Position numbers and translations under genes: made by a program. From a virus: DNA of 64,000 bases. A model generated the notes under the pieces. The model was not told the origin of the DNA and made no database searches. It saw only the letters and a list, made by a program, of their open reading frames with translations. Where the stretch lies: positions 6,777 to 70,776 of the IMG/VR virus record IMGVR_UViG_3300032285_002244. One strand, written 5' to 3'. Numbering within the stretch: position 1 is the stretch's first letter; each line of letters starts with the position of its first letter. Below, in pieces: positions 47,306 through 57,792 of the stretch.

Positions 47306-48144
47306 TATGCTCCAATCGTTTTACATGACTTGCAACCACTTGGGTCAACATTACACTCAGGCATAACTCCAACTTCAATAGCTTTTAATACCTTTTCTAC
47401 AGAAAAGAAAACTCTATCTACGATTTCGTAATCTGCTTTTACTGTGAATTCTTTATAATCTTGGTCTGCTTTTAACTCATACAAGAAAACAATTTCTTTT
47501 GGCGCTTCATCTCCAAACATACGGTGAGCCAATTCTAAATACATTTGACCCTGCAACAAGTGGCTACGAAATGGACGGCGAATCTTCTTCCAAGCTTTAG
47601 TTAAGTCTCCATCAGCATCGTAAAGAAGTTCAGGAGCTTCAAAACGAAGTGTTCCTGCTCCAATAGACTTGATTTCAATTAAACAATCTTCTTTTATGCC
47701 TTTTATCCATCCGTCAGTGTGACCTGCAATACGAAGTCTTTCGTCTACAAGAGTGACTTCTTTATACTCCATAACATCAACACGTCCGCATTTTTCGCAA
47801 ACAGGAGATATGCCTGTAGTAGATACTAAACAAGATGTACACTCAAAACGACCGTAAAGAACTCCCATTTCTTGAAAACGCTTTTGCCATTTAGCATGAA
47901 TAGCGTGTCCTTCATCAAAAATGTTTTGCAATCTAAGATTAGGCTTATCCTTTTTAGGAGTACCACCAGTCATTAGGTAGTAAGAGTAACGATGGCAGAA
48001 GTCTGGTTTGATTATTTCAGACGGGTGGAACACTGTAGTAGAACGGTCGTCTAAAGGACGGCGCATTAAATGCCGCTCAACATCGCCTATTAAACGAGTC
48101 TCTGTTTTCTTAGCGTCTAAGAACTTCTGTAAATCGTTTCCCAT
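47305..48144 (-). CDS. Cas4-like PD-(D/E)XK exonuclease
   Basis: HPSE...C, G..IH, GHTDG, IEIKS, Q..MY, C-terminal Cys cluster. Confidence 0.8.
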   Translation of the reverse strand: MGNDLQKFLDAKKTETRLIGDVERHLMRRPLDDRSTTVFHPSEIIKPDFCHRYSYYLMTGGTPKKDKPNLRLQNIFDEGHAIHAKWQKRFQEMGVLYGRFECTSCLVSTTGISPVCEKCGRVDVMEYKEVTLVDERLRIAGHTDGWIKGIKEDCLIEIKSIGAGTLRFEAPELLYDADGDLTKAWKKIRRPFRSHLLQGQMYLELAHRMFGDEAPKEIVFLYELKADQDYKEFTVKADYEIVDRVFFSVEKVLKAIEVGVMPECNVDPSGCKSCKTIGA

Positions 48145-48146
48145 TT

Positions 48147-48461
48147 TTATTCCTTCGTTAGGATGAACTCTTCTAAAGTCATCTTCTTTTTATACGACTT
48201 ATTCCACTTGCGGACTAATGCATTGCGTTCTCTGTGGCTTAAACCACCCCAAATGCCATGCGGTTCATCTCTCTTGACTGCATCCCATAAGCATTCTTTT
48301 TGAACTGGGCAAACACTTTTCTTGTTTTCCCCATAGCAAAAAGCTTTCGCTTGTTCTGCAATGATTCGGTATTGCTCTTTGTCACGTGGTGGGTAAAACA
48401 AATCAGTGTCTTCTCCTCGACACCTTGCTTCATACCGCCAAGCGTACTCTGGTTCATCCAT
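48147..48461 (-). CDS. whiB: WhiB-family transcription factor
   Basis: WRYEARC, LFY, AKAFC, CPVQKECL, GIWGGLS..ER. Confidence 0.92.
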   Translation of the reverse strand: MDEPEYAWRYEARCRGEDTDLFYPPRDKEQYRIIAEQAKAFCYGENKKSVCPVQKECLWDAVKRDEPHGIWGGLSHRERNALVRKWNKSYKKKMTLEEFILTKE

Positions 48462-48464
48462 ATG

Positions 48465-48782
48465 TTATTCATCCTTGAGTTTGTCTCGCAGTTCTAGGAA
48501 ATCGTCCTCAAGCAGAATTACATAATTCTCTCCATCTAAATGGATACCAAGTACTGGCATTCTTCCATCCATAATGGCCTCTCCAGTTATCTTCTTTAAT
48601 ACATCGGACTTGATAGTTGTTTGTTTCTTGCCCGTGTATTTATGTTCTATCAGCAGGTCGTCTGAACGAACATCGCCTTTTCTAGACCAAAACGCTCCAG
48701 ATGCAGCAGTACGAGAACCGTTAACTTTTTTTGCTAAACGGTCCTCGTGTTTTCTAGATTGCTTTTGTCCTTCAGTCTTCAT
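48465..48782 (-). CDS. Hjc-like PD-(D/E)XK nuclease
   Basis: HE..LA, SGA, KGDV, IEHK. Confidence 0.7.
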   Translation of the reverse strand: MKTEGQKQSRKHEDRLAKKVNGSRTAASGAFWSRKGDVRSDDLLIEHKYTGKKQTTIKSDVLKKITGEAIMDGRMPVLGIHLDGENYVILLEDDFLELRDKLKDE

Positions 48783-49815
48783 CAGCCGCTAACGGAAGTT
48801 CGTGTGATTCGAACACGGCTTTCTGAAGTTCTTCTTTTAGTTCTATCTCCTCACGGATACTAGCAATAACAGATTCAATACCCTGCCATTTGCGTTCGTT
48901 GTGATAGAACCAACCACCTTTTCTTTCTATGATTCCCATAACTACAGCAAGTGATGCAACTTCTTTTGCAAAGTCAAACTCACCTGGGGCGCAGTTACCT
49001 CCTTCTGCAAAATAAAAATCAAAATAAGCAACACGTTGTGGTGGTGCAGTTTTGTTTTTCAAAGTTCTTACCTTTATGCGTTGTCCTACTCGAACCTTGT
49101 TTGTTCCAGTACCAACTTCAATCCATTCGTCGCGTTTTACTTCACAACGGGTAAAGAATGCATAATTCTTTCCTTCTCCTCCTGGAGTAGTTCTAGGGTC
49201 TCCATGCATTACGCCAATTTTCATACGGTATTGGTTAATAATTAAACCCAAAACAGGGCGCTCATCTTCTACAAGCGAACGCTTCATGGCTGTACCAACT
49301 ACACGGAAGAACTTGTTAGTCAATAACGCACCACGACCAACAGTTGCTTCGCTCATATCCTTCTCCATTTCAGGAGCAGGAGATAATGCTGGCAAAGAGT
49401 CAATAACAATCGCATCAACGGCTTTAGATTCAGCAAATTGAATAACGGCTTGGTATGCCTCTTCCATAATAGATGTTTCAATAACTATAATTCTGCTGGT
49501 ATCTACTCCACACATTTCTGCGTACTCAGGAACCCATTGTTCTGCTGCAACCCACACTGTTGTGTGCTCTGGGTTTGTTAATTGGTTTGCTGCAATAGTT
49601 TTTAACGCTAACGCTGTCTTACCGTGTGAAGGTTCTCCAATTAACTCGTTCCATTGGTTTCCTGGAAATCCTCCTCCAAGGACGTAATCCAATGTAGTAG
49701 AGCCAGAGGTAATACGAGGAATAAGGTCGCTCCTAATGTCAGAAGCAAGGACAACCACATTATCGCCGAACCTCTTGTTGAGCTGGGCCATAACTTTACG
49801 CGCTTCATCATTCAC
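48772..49815 (-). CDS. recA: RecA/UvsX recombinase
   Basis: GSTTLDYVLGGG, GEPSHGKT, IVIDS, INQ.R.KIG...GDP.TTPGG. Confidence 0.92.
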   Translation of the reverse strand: MNDEARKVMAQLNKRFGDNVVVLASDIRSDLIPRITSGSTTLDYVLGGGFPGNQWNELIGEPSHGKTALALKTIAANQLTNPEHTTVWVAAEQWVPEYAEMCGVDTSRIIVIETSIMEEAYQAVIQFAESKAVDAIVIDSLPALSPAPEMEKDMSEATVGRGALLTNKFFRVVGTAMKRSLVEDERPVLGLIINQYRMKIGVMHGDPRTTPGGEGKNYAFFTRCEVKRDEWIEVGTGTNKVRVGQRIKVRTLKNKTAPPQRVAYFDFYFAEGGNCAPGEFDFAKEVASLAVVMGIIERKGGWFYHNERKWQGIESVIASIREEIELKEELQKAVFESHELPLAADED

Positions 49816-50205
49816 TTAATTTACCCTTCCAATAATTCCTTGCGGATTCCAATTGCTTGCTGTGTCATTTCCCATTGCGCCTTTTGCACTTCCTTCAACT
49901 TTAGCTCCAGTTAAAGAACCATAACGAGAACCTGCTTGATTTATTGGATAGCCACAGTCATAACAACGTGGTGCTGCATTTTGAATTGCCATGTAATTGT
50001 TGCTTCCGCATTCAGGACAAGATTGTGTTTGTGCTGCACTTTGTGCTTTAGAAACTGGCTGTTGCGGTTGTGGCGGTGCGTACTGAGTCATAGGTTGTTG
50101 CGATGGAGCAACTGGCATGTTTTGTTCACGCGGTTGTTGCACAGGTGCTTGCCCACCTAGTTGTTTTGCCCACCAATCTGCATTACTCACTTTGCTTCTC
50201 CCCAC
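49816..50205 (-). CDS. Zn-ribbon protein
   Basis: CPECGS...RCYDCGYP. Confidence 0.65.
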   Translation of the reverse strand: MGRSKVSNADWWAKQLGGQAPVQQPREQNMPVAPSQQPMTQYAPPQPQQPVSKAQSAAQTQSCPECGSNNYMAIQNAAPRCYDCGYPINQAGSRYGSLTGAKVEGSAKGAMGNDTASNWNPQGIIGRVN

Positions 50206-52184
50206 TTGTTTACAATTTTTACATCAGCAATAAGAGGAACAGTAATCTCTGGCAATGTAATTCCTTCCATTGATATCCGAATTGCTTCGGCTGCTTCTTC
50301 AGCTAAATCTTCACGTGCAACTGTAACAAGTTCATCGTGCACAGTCAAAACGACATTTACATCAGGTTCGTCAATGAAACAAGAATGTGCCCTAACAATG
50401 GCTAATTTCATAATATCTGCAGCAGAACCTTGAATTACGGTGTTAAATGCTTGTCTTTCTGCTCTTGATTTAAGGCCCATTTCTCTGCTTTTTAAATCAG
50501 GTATGTATCTACGACGACCAAATATGGTCTCTACATATGGGACAGGACTTTGACCAGCACCTTGACGAACTACTTTTGCTTTGTACTTAGAAATGTCGTG
50601 GAATTGTTGCGTAAAGTTATTTAATAGTTCTTTTGCTTCAGTAACTGTGCAACCAATTTGTTGTGCAATCTTGTCTGGACCTACACCATAAGCAATGGAA
50701 AGAACAAGAACTTTTCCAGCTTTTCGGTCAACCCCCATTGTATCGCCGATTGTCGTATAGATGTCTTTACCTTGTAGGTAGTTATCGACCATAATAGGGT
50801 CGCCTGAAAGTGCTGCAATTACTCGTGGCTCAATCTGTGAATAGTCAGCAACCACTAACTTGTAGCCTTCAGGCGCTATAAACAAATTACGAATTAACTT
50901 TCCGTATTGTCCACTACTAGGGATGTTCTGTAAGTTTGGGTCACTACTGGAAAAACGTCCTGTTTCTGCTCCATGCGCTTTAAAGTTTGTGTGAACCTTG
51001 CCGTTAATTAACAAACTCTTTTTGTCAACAATACGTGATTTGCCTGAAGTAGTTCGTGTTATCTCTCCACCTAAGTAAGGCATTACATATGTTGTCATAA
51101 GTTTATTTAAATCTTGGTAATCTAAAATAGCATTTACTAACTCATCCTTTTTGCGGTAAAACTCTAATGCTTCAGAAGATACTGAAAAGTGGCTTATGTT
51201 TAACTCTCCACCAGCAGCAGCAATATCTTGACCCTTAGATGTTAGAGCAATCTTTATCCGAACATTTGGTCGGATTCCCCGTCCTTCAGGTTTTGGTGAA
51301 AATAACAACTCTTGTTTTTCTTTTATTGAGTTCATAGAAAAAGCTTTACCTGCAAGTTTCCATGCTCTAGCTTTTGTTTCGTCAATGTCTATTTCTAATT
51401 GTTTCTTAAGTTTTGTTAACTCTACTACATCAATATTTGCGCCAGTTAATTCCATATCGCACAAAGATGCAATGACGTCCATCTCTAATGCCCACACTCG
51501 CTTTAAACGACCATCCATCTTGTCTTTAAAGAAGTGGTACAACTGCCAAGTAGCATCAGCATCTAAACCTGAATAGTGTGCAACCTCTGAAAACGAATGC
51601 ACTTCTACCTTTGCTCCAACACCTTTTTTAACCTCTAACTTTAAAAAACGTGCTGAACAGTCTTTTAACCCAAGTTGATTACGATTTCTATTGTCAGTAA
51701 TAAATGCTGCCATCATTGTGTCAAAGAAAGGTTTAGAAGGAACAACTCCTCGGTAATACTTAGCAATTGATTTAAGGTCAAACTTAATGTTGTGACCAAC
51801 CTTTAACTGGTCACTAAAGAACAAAGGCTTTAATGCTTTAAACACATCTCCTGGAAGCAATTGTGCTGGTGGAGCATCAAACACTGGAGTCCACTTTGTT
51901 TCATTCTTTGAAAAATCTGTGTCTTTTAATTCTTTACCAGCAGCAAGTTTGCGTTGTCCGCTAAGTAACATCTCCTTGTCCCAATGAAGAAACTCACCAT
52001 TTGGATGACCCATTGGTATGACGTCAACACGTCCATCTGTTGCTAATGAAATCCAAAGCACATCATTGACTACGGGTTGGATTCTGTTTTCTCCAACAGT
52101 TTCTACGTCAAATGCAAATCCATCTACCTTGGAGTAAAACTTCACAAGGTCTTCTAGCTGTTCTTTTGTTGTAATTATGTTCAT
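50187..52184 (-). CDS. polA: Family A DNA polymerase (3'-5' exo plus pol, no 5'-3' exo)
   Basis: FDVET, HNIKFD, TGRFSSSDPNLQNIP, DYSQIEPR, IQGSAADI, VHDE. Confidence 0.95.
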   Translation of the reverse strand: MNIITTKEQLEDLVKFYSKVDGFAFDVETVGENRIQPVVNDVLWISLATDGRVDVIPMGHPNGEFLHWDKEMLLSGQRKLAAGKELKDTDFSKNETKWTPVFDAPPAQLLPGDVFKALKPLFFSDQLKVGHNIKFDLKSIAKYYRGVVPSKPFFDTMMAAFITDNRNRNQLGLKDCSARFLKLEVKKGVGAKVEVHSFSEVAHYSGLDADATWQLYHFFKDKMDGRLKRVWALEMDVIASLCDMELTGANIDVVELTKLKKQLEIDIDETKARAWKLAGKAFSMNSIKEKQELLFSPKPEGRGIRPNVRIKIALTSKGQDIAAAGGELNISHFSVSSEALEFYRKKDELVNAILDYQDLNKLMTTYVMPYLGGEITRTTSGKSRIVDKKSLLINGKVHTNFKAHGAETGRFSSSDPNLQNIPSSGQYGKLIRNLFIAPEGYKLVVADYSQIEPRVIAALSGDPIMVDNYLQGKDIYTTIGDTMGVDRKAGKVLVLSIAYGVGPDKIAQQIGCTVTEAKELLNNFTQQFHDISKYKAKVVRQGAGQSPVPYVETIFGRRRYIPDLKSREMGLKSRAERQAFNTVIQGSAADIMKLAIVRAHSCFIDEPDVNVVLTVHDELVTVAREDLAEEAAEAIRISMEGITLPEITVPLIADVKIVNKWGEAK

Positions 52185-52210
52185 TCTAATCCCCTCAGAT
52201 TGTTAGTGTA

Positions 52211-52243
52211 AGAGGGCCTGGAAACGGAAATAAACAGGCCCTC
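52211..52243. terminator. Intergenic stem-loop after SSB gene
   Basis: GAGGGCCTG...CAGGCCCTC. Confidence 0.45.
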
Positions 52244-52258
52244 CTACGGTGGAAGTTA

Positions 52259-52966
52259 CTACGCTAGAGAGCGAGCAATTTCTAGTAGTTCAGAGCGAGG
52301 GGTCTCACGGACTACTTCATCTGCAGTGAAGGGAACGGCAGTTGCTTCTAACCCTTTAACGGTTTCTAAATCTAACTTCCATTCCTCACCAAGGTCACGA
52401 CCGCGAACAAAATTCAGTGTGTACTGAGTTGTTGGTCCTGTACCTAGACGAGAAAGCTCCCAGTACTCGCGGTCAATAGGTCCCTTACGTTCATCGTCAT
52501 GGGCCTTCTTGATTTGGCGAGCAAGTGATGGTGGTGCAGTTAGTACTTGTACTGATTGGTCATCGCCAGTCAAAACAAGAATGTTGAAAGCAAATTTTCC
52601 GCGAGGCTTGTCTCCAAGAATTTCGCAGAGTGGGCATCCATCGCCTTGGCAAACAAAAGATTTCTTACCCTTTGGGCGTTCAATCCAGTGTTGCTCGTAA
52701 GTGGCAAATGGCTTGTCTTGAAGAAACTTAACTAGAACAGGTTCTTCAGAAAAACGGAAGTCTGTTGGAAACTCAGTTGACTTTGAATCAAGCATTGCTT
52801 CAACTGCGCCCCAACCTTCTTGTACGGTTGTTCCAACTTTTGGTTGGATATCGGCACTATCTTCTTCAAGATAGTCTTCTGCTTCTACTGCTGGTTTGGT
52901 AATCGGCATTTCTTTCCTTTTGGTAATGAGGCCTATTGGCTCTCTGTGGATGTGATGTCCTTCCAA
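52259..52966 (-). CDS. Putative single-stranded DNA-binding protein (gp32-like)
   Basis: QHW, C....CPLC, R.GTG..TQY; position upstream of polA; start probably MPITKP. Confidence 0.65.
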   Translation of the reverse strand: MEGHHIHREPIGLITKRKEMPITKPAVEAEDYLEEDSADIQPKVGTTVQEGWGAVEAMLDSKSTEFPTDFRFSEEPVLVKFLQDKPFATYEQHWIERPKGKKSFVCQGDGCPLCEILGDKPRGKFAFNILVLTGDDQSVQVLTAPPSLARQIKKAHDDERKGPIDREYWELSRLGTGPTTQYTLNFVRGRDLGEEWKLDLETVKGLEATAVPFTADEVVRETPRSELLEIARSLA

Positions 52967-53409
52967 CGCTTTACTAAAGCAGTTGTCAGGTCTTCATGTT
53001 GGCTCCACTCTACACGAGCGGAACCTAGCAGCCCACGATTGGAAAACTCATCAATCGTTGCTTCTATGAGCGGTCTGGTGTACACCCGATTTCCCCCAGT
53101 CTTTTGACCCTTTAAGGTCTTAGCCCGAAGTCGGTATGGTGCACGTGGTATGTACCCTTTACGCTCCCATAAGCGTACAGTAACAATTTGTTTTTCCAAA
53201 GCTTGCGCAAGAGCACCAATGGTAAAAACTTCTGTTTCCTTTCCGCCTAATGTTTTAATGATTGGATTTTCATCCCAACCATTTGTTTCTCCCACCTTAC
53301 GGCGGGAAACCTTTGGGTCTGGTTCACGGCGTTTACGTTTTGAGCCAGGGATGTATTCCAAATCAGCAAATGCTTTTTCGATTTCATCATCCCCACGCAA
53401 ACCAGGCAT
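52933..53409 (-). CDS. MerR-like HTH DNA-binding protein
   Basis: FTIGALAQAL....VTVRLWERKGYIP...R.YT. Confidence 0.75.
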   Translation of the reverse strand: MPGLRGDDEIEKAFADLEYIPGSKRKRREPDPKVSRRKVGETNGWDENPIIKTLGGKETEVFTIGALAQALEKQIVTVRLWERKGYIPRAPYRLRAKTLKGQKTGGNRVYTRPLIEATIDEFSNRGLLGSARVEWSQHEDLTTALVKRWKDITSTESQ

Positions 53410-53415
53410 TTTGTA

Positions 53416-53856
53416 TTACCTCTTGTTCATTACTAGTGCCCACGTAATGGTTTGTGGGTACATTTTTTCAACTTCTTCTTCAGTAAGTGCATCGCTGTAC
53501 AAAGCAGCCATTAAAGCGTCTTCATCAATAACACGAATTGTTTTGTATAAACTTTCTTCTAAACCTTTTTCTAAGATTATTTCTTCAGCAGCGGTTTCAT
53601 CAACTTTACGTGTTACACGTCGTTGTTTTGTAATAGCAACAAAACCATCAACTTCTTCAGGTAGTTCTATTACAAGGTTACCTTTTGAATCGGCTTCACC
53701 GTCTGTATCAAGAACTTCAAACAAATCTGCACGTAGTGCTTTTTGTTCTTTTTCTAAGTAATCAAGTTGTGATTTTAAGAAAGCATATTTCTTTGCTCTT
53801 GCAATCAAGTCTGTTTCGTCTGAATTGCGTAACTCTGCTGGTGCTACTTTTGCCAT
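53416..53856 (-). CDS. Hypothetical protein
   Basis: GAGG RBS; coiled-coil N-terminus. Confidence 0.65.
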   Translation of the reverse strand: MAKVAPAELRNSDETDLIARAKKYAFLKSQLDYLEKEQKALRADLFEVLDTDGEADSKGNLVIELPEEVDGFVAITKQRRVTRKVDETAAEEIILEKGLEESLYKTIRVIDEDALMAALYSDALTEEEVEKMYPQTITWALVMNKR

Positions 53857-53866
53857 AGTTTCCCTC

Positions 53867-55453
53867 CTATGCTTTATTCTCTTGGATAAATCCCAAAAGA
53901 CTTCCTACTGTTAAATCTACACCACCTCTGGTGTTTATGCCTTCACCATCAATTACTGCATCTGCTACAGCGTTTTTTTGGTTAAGCATTTGGTGCTGTC
54001 TTTCTTCGATAGAGCCTAGCACAAGAAAGTCCTGAATCATAACGTGGGACCAAGTACTAGAAGCGCGTCTAATACGAGAGTTTCTCTGTACTGCAGTACC
54101 TGATGACCAAGGAAGGTCATAGTTAACCAGCAGGTTTGCTTGGGGCAAATCTACGCCGTAGCCGCCAGCATCGCTGGATATCAATACCCTAACTTCTTTA
54201 GAAGTTTGAAACTCAGTCTTAGCAATTTCTTTTTGGTTGGCATTCATTTGTCCTGAATAAACTCTGCTTTCAAACTTCTTTTGAGCTAAAGCTTCCTGTA
54301 TTAAAGGCAACATTCCTAGGTAACACGTGAATATAACTACCTTGGCATTTTCATCAATCTCAAGGTGGTCTGTTACATATTCAATAACCATGTCTAACTT
54401 AGTTGATTTGGTAAGACCATCTAACAGACCCTCAGAAACAAGCTGAGCCGCGTATACAGACCCCTGACCTTCTTCTAAGGCAAACTTATCAGAACTGTTC
54501 TGTAAAAGCTGTGGGTGGTCGCACAGCATTCTTAGGGCAGTTATCTTGGACATTATGGAACCACGTAAAGCGTCTGCTGGTCCTCCTTGTTGGTATCCCT
54601 GTCCATAATGCGCTTCTAAAGAAAAAGAAGAACCCAATAGTTGTTGCGCCTCTAATAATTCGTTTAATAGGTCTGTAGAAACACGTTTATAAAGGGCGGA
54701 AGATTTCTTATCCATTTGAACAAGTATTGGGTCGTAGTGAATTGTTTCAGGGAGATATGGAGCAACGTCTGGGTCTTTTTGTGTTTTACGAACAGATGAG
54801 TCTTTCATACGTTCGTGAAAAATAGGTAAATTACGGTATCTCTGAACTCCACCAAAATGATTTCGTACAATAAAGGTTTGGTCAAACAAATCAAATCTTC
54901 CCAATACTTTTGGGTCTACAAATTGCATAATGCTATAAAGCTCTTCAGGTCTACCGTTCTCTATTGGAGTTCCTGTTAATGCAAAACGAATTGGTACATC
55001 TGCTGACAGCTTCTTAACTGCCTTAGAGCGTTTTGATTTAAACGATTTAATTGCAGTTGCTTCATCACAGATAATGGCTCCCCAATCAGTGTCTTTTATT
55101 AAATCCCAATCGTTTACAACAGATTCGTAATTACAAATTACGTAGTCGCCACCTTTGTCCCACATAAGTGTTCTTGTAGATTTAGAACCGTCAACAACTA
55201 CGGTGCTTGAGTTAGAGAACTTTTGTATTTCCTTTTCCCATTGGTACTTTAAACTGGATAACGCAATAACTAGTACGGGTTTAGTTAAAGTACCTTCATC
55301 TTTAAGGTTTTCTATTGCAGCAATTGTCATGCAAGTTTTACCTAATCCCATTTCGTATGCAACCAACATCTTTTTACGAACAACCATTCGGTCAACTGCT
55401 TCAGGTTGGTATGGAAATAGCGTTCCTTTAAAGCTCATTAAACTCAACCCCAT
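53867..55453 (-). CDS. SNF2-family helicase
   Basis: EMGLGKT, DEAT, LTGTPIEN, GYGVDL, QRNSRIRR. Confidence 0.9.
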   Translation of the reverse strand: MGLSLMSFKGTLFPYQPEAVDRMVVRKKMLVAYEMGLGKTCMTIAAIENLKDEGTLTKPVLVIALSSLKYQWEKEIQKFSNSSTVVVDGSKSTRTLMWDKGGDYVICNYESVVNDWDLIKDTDWGAIICDEATAIKSFKSKRSKAVKKLSADVPIRFALTGTPIENGRPEELYSIMQFVDPKVLGRFDLFDQTFIVRNHFGGVQRYRNLPIFHERMKDSSVRKTQKDPDVAPYLPETIHYDPILVQMDKKSSALYKRVSTDLLNELLEAQQLLGSSFSLEAHYGQGYQQGGPADALRGSIMSKITALRMLCDHPQLLQNSSDKFALEEGQGSVYAAQLVSEGLLDGLTKSTKLDMVIEYVTDHLEIDENAKVVIFTCYLGMLPLIQEALAQKKFESRVYSGQMNANQKEIAKTEFQTSKEVRVLISSDAGGYGVDLPQANLLVNYDLPWSSGTAVQRNSRIRRASSTWSHVMIQDFLVLGSIEERQHQMLNQKNAVADAVIDGEGINTRGGVDLTVGSLLGFIQENKA

Positions 55454-55616
55454 CTACAGGAGTAGGAACAGTTAATAAAGTTCCACAATCGTCACATTCG
55501 CCATCGGTAAACCAAAGGCTAATATTGCTATCTTCAAACATTGCTTTTATTTTAAAAACCAAATGTCCGCAAGCTGGACAAGCGTGAGTAGGAACTCCAC
55601 GAGCATCTAAGACCAT
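55428..55616 (-). CDS. Small Zn-ribbon protein
   Basis: G.PTHACPACG...ECDDCG...T.PTP.D. Confidence 0.7.
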   Translation of the reverse strand: MVLDARGVPTHACPACGHLVFKIKAMFEDSNISLWFTDGECDDCGTLLTVPTPVDGVEFNEL

Positions 55617-56545
55617 GTAAAAGCTTCTTTTCCCTGAACCATGTGACGAGCAGTTTCAATGCCACGATGAATCTCTGCCTCTGTCATATCTCCTGGGTCT
55701 TTTACATCAATCCCTGTGTAATTAAAATACGATAAATCTAAACCGTACTTTCGAGCATAACCTCGCATTTGTTCGTTAGCTACTTTTCCTGCATCGTCTT
55801 TGTCTAAGGCAGCAATGACTCTCTTTGCTCTACGCATAATCTTTGCTTGTTCTTCACTAATGATTGCTCCGTATGTTGATATAGCACCGTCAACACCTGC
55901 AGCAGTTAGTCTGACAACATCAAGTGGAGATTCAACAACCACTAAGACATCGTCGCTCATTGTCTCTACACCAAAGACTGTTCTTGACTTTTTGACTCCT
56001 TGCGGTTGGTTACGAAAGAAACGACCTGTTGCCCCTTTTTCTTGCCATCCCCAGAGACTGTAATCGTTAGGGTCGCGGATTGGGAGAATCCAGGCCTTGT
56101 TGTTGTTATCCCATAAGACACCGTGATGCTTTGCTGATTCTCCATTTATAAACCTCTTTCGTAGTTCGTTAGCTGGTGGTTCTGTAAATATTGCAAGTCG
56201 TGCTTCAGACATCCCAATTGGTTCTTCTGCTGAAATGTATTGAGGAAGTTCCTTAATGCGTTTCATTAAAGAATCTAATGGGAATTCTTCGTTGCTGTTT
56301 ATCCAGTCTTTGGCATCGTAGTAATCCATGCCTTTTACATCTGCAACTAGCGTGTAAACATTCCCCTTGTAACCACAAGAAAAACATATGTGTGCACCAG
56401 TCTCAGAGTTAATCCACCAAGATGGATTGTGGTCTTCTTTTCCTGTGCGCTTTTTGTGCATTGGGCATAAGCCCTGAACTTCTACACCGCGTTGTGCAAC
56501 AAGTGGAATATCTAAAGAAAGTAAAACTTTCTCTACATCAATCAT
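55607..56545 (-). CDS. DNA primase (Zn finger plus TOPRIM)
   Basis: CPMH...CFSC; VVESPLD; LDKDDAG; KDPGD. Confidence 0.88.
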   Translation of the reverse strand: MIDVEKVLLSLDIPLVAQRGVEVQGLCPMHKKRTGKEDHNPSWWINSETGAHICFSCGYKGNVYTLVADVKGMDYYDAKDWINSNEEFPLDSLMKRIKELPQYISAEEPIGMSEARLAIFTEPPANELRKRFINGESAKHHGVLWDNNNKAWILPIRDPNDYSLWGWQEKGATGRFFRNQPQGVKKSRTVFGVETMSDDVLVVVESPLDVVRLTAAGVDGAISTYGAIISEEQAKIMRRAKRVIAALDKDDAGKVANEQMRGYARKYGLDLSYFNYTGIDVKDPGDMTEAEIHRGIETARHMVQGKEAFTWS

Positions 56546-57792
56546 CTACTGACCCATGAGGAACAGTAGGTGCACTTCATTGCTAGTGACTCATCGTGGA
56601 AACAACCCGTATCCCATCGCCATGTTAAAGCTGTCTCTGCAGGACCACAGTTACGAGACGCAACAACCTTTAGTAGACGCATGTTCTCGTCTTCCTCTAA
56701 CGGCTCTAAACCTAAAATAACATCTGAATCTTGGAAGAAAGAAGATGAGTAACCAATTGAATCGGCAGTTACTTTTCCTGCTCTCATTTTCCAAAGCAAA
56801 GTCTGAGTAGTAATAATTATTGGTTTGTCTATCTTTTGTGCTAAACGTTTCATTGCACGAGTAACGTTGGTAATAGATTGTGGAGTGTTCATTTCTCCAG
56901 TTACTTCATCCATCATCAAATAAACACCGTCTACAAACACGATGTCTGGTTTTGTTTGTTCAATTTTTGCAGCAAGAGCAGAGACCGTAATACCGTTTAC
57001 GGCATCGATAAGGTGAAAAGATTGCTCCTTTTCCATATCGTTTAGCGTATCGATATAACGGCTCTCCTCCGCTGGTAACAACTTTCCACGACGTAGTCGA
57101 CCGTGGTCAATGTGAGCACGCATCGCATCGTGGCGTTGTTGTTGCTCGTGGTTGTTCATTTCGAACGACTGGAACATCGGCATATAACCCTGACGATGAA
57201 TGTTGATTGCAACTTGTAATGCAATCTGTGACTTACCAGTTTTAGGTGGAGCAATAATTGTTATTAATTGACCGCCTTGTAGTCCTGCGGTTGCTTCATC
57301 AATTTTTTCAAAACCAGTTGGTATTCCTAAAAACTGTTTGTTCTGTAACGCTTGGTATTCCTTGTAGCGCTCTTCAGTATTCTTAGTAAGGTCAATCTCG
57401 TGTGTACCAAGTACACCTTGCTCGTTAACTCTTGTAATGGTGTGTTCCATCGCAAGAAGTGCAGCGTTGTGGTCATTTAACTGCAGATTCTCAACTGCTG
57501 CTTCTAAACCTTGTCGAGTGATTAAGTTACGGCGGAAATCCACCATTGTGTCTAATAAATATTCAACAGAGTCTTGTACATCTAAAACTTTGTAATTTGG
57601 GTAATGGTCTTTAATAATTACAGCAGTAGGAACTTCGTTGTACTCACCATAATGCTTTCTTACAAAAGCCCAAACTTTTCTGTTGTCTTCATCTAGAAAC
57701 CAGTTATCAGCAACACCGCGTTGCAAGGCAGGAGTTATCTCCCTTTCTTTTATGACCTTACTAACTAAACGATGTTCATTATCTGCTGACAA
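56542..57792 (-). CDS. dnaB: DnaB-like replicative helicase
   Basis: IPTGF..ID, APPKTGKS, SFEM, VFVDG, QDSD. Confidence 0.9.
   Translation of the reverse strand: MSADNEHRLVSKVIKEREITPALQRGVADNWFLDEDNRKVWAFVRKHYGEYNEVPTAVIIKDHYPNYKVLDVQDSVEYLLDTMVDFRRNLITRQGLEAAVENLQLNDHNAALLAMEHTITRVNEQGVLGTHEIDLTKNTEERYKEYQALQNKQFLGIPTGFEKIDEATAGLQGGQLITIIAPPKTGKSQIALQVAINIHRQGYMPMFQSFEMNNHEQQQRHDAMRAHIDHGRLRRGKLLPAEESRYIDTLNDMEKEQSFHLIDAVNGITVSALAAKIEQTKPDIVFVDGVYLMMDEVTGEMNTPQSITNVTRAMKRLAQKIDKPIIITTQTLLWKMRAGKVTADSIGYSSSFFQDSDVILGLEPLEEDENMRLLKVVASRNCGPAETALTWRWDTGCFHDESLAMKCTYCSSWVSR

Noticed and set aside
47305-48144. Cas4 as evidence of a CRISPR-Cas system
   Set aside because: Stand-alone Cas4-like nucleases are common in phage recombination modules; no cas1/cas2 or array
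33455-57792. Inteins or introns in nrdJ, recA, polA or dnaB
   Set aside because: ORFs are uninterrupted and of normal length, with no intein splice motifs noticed
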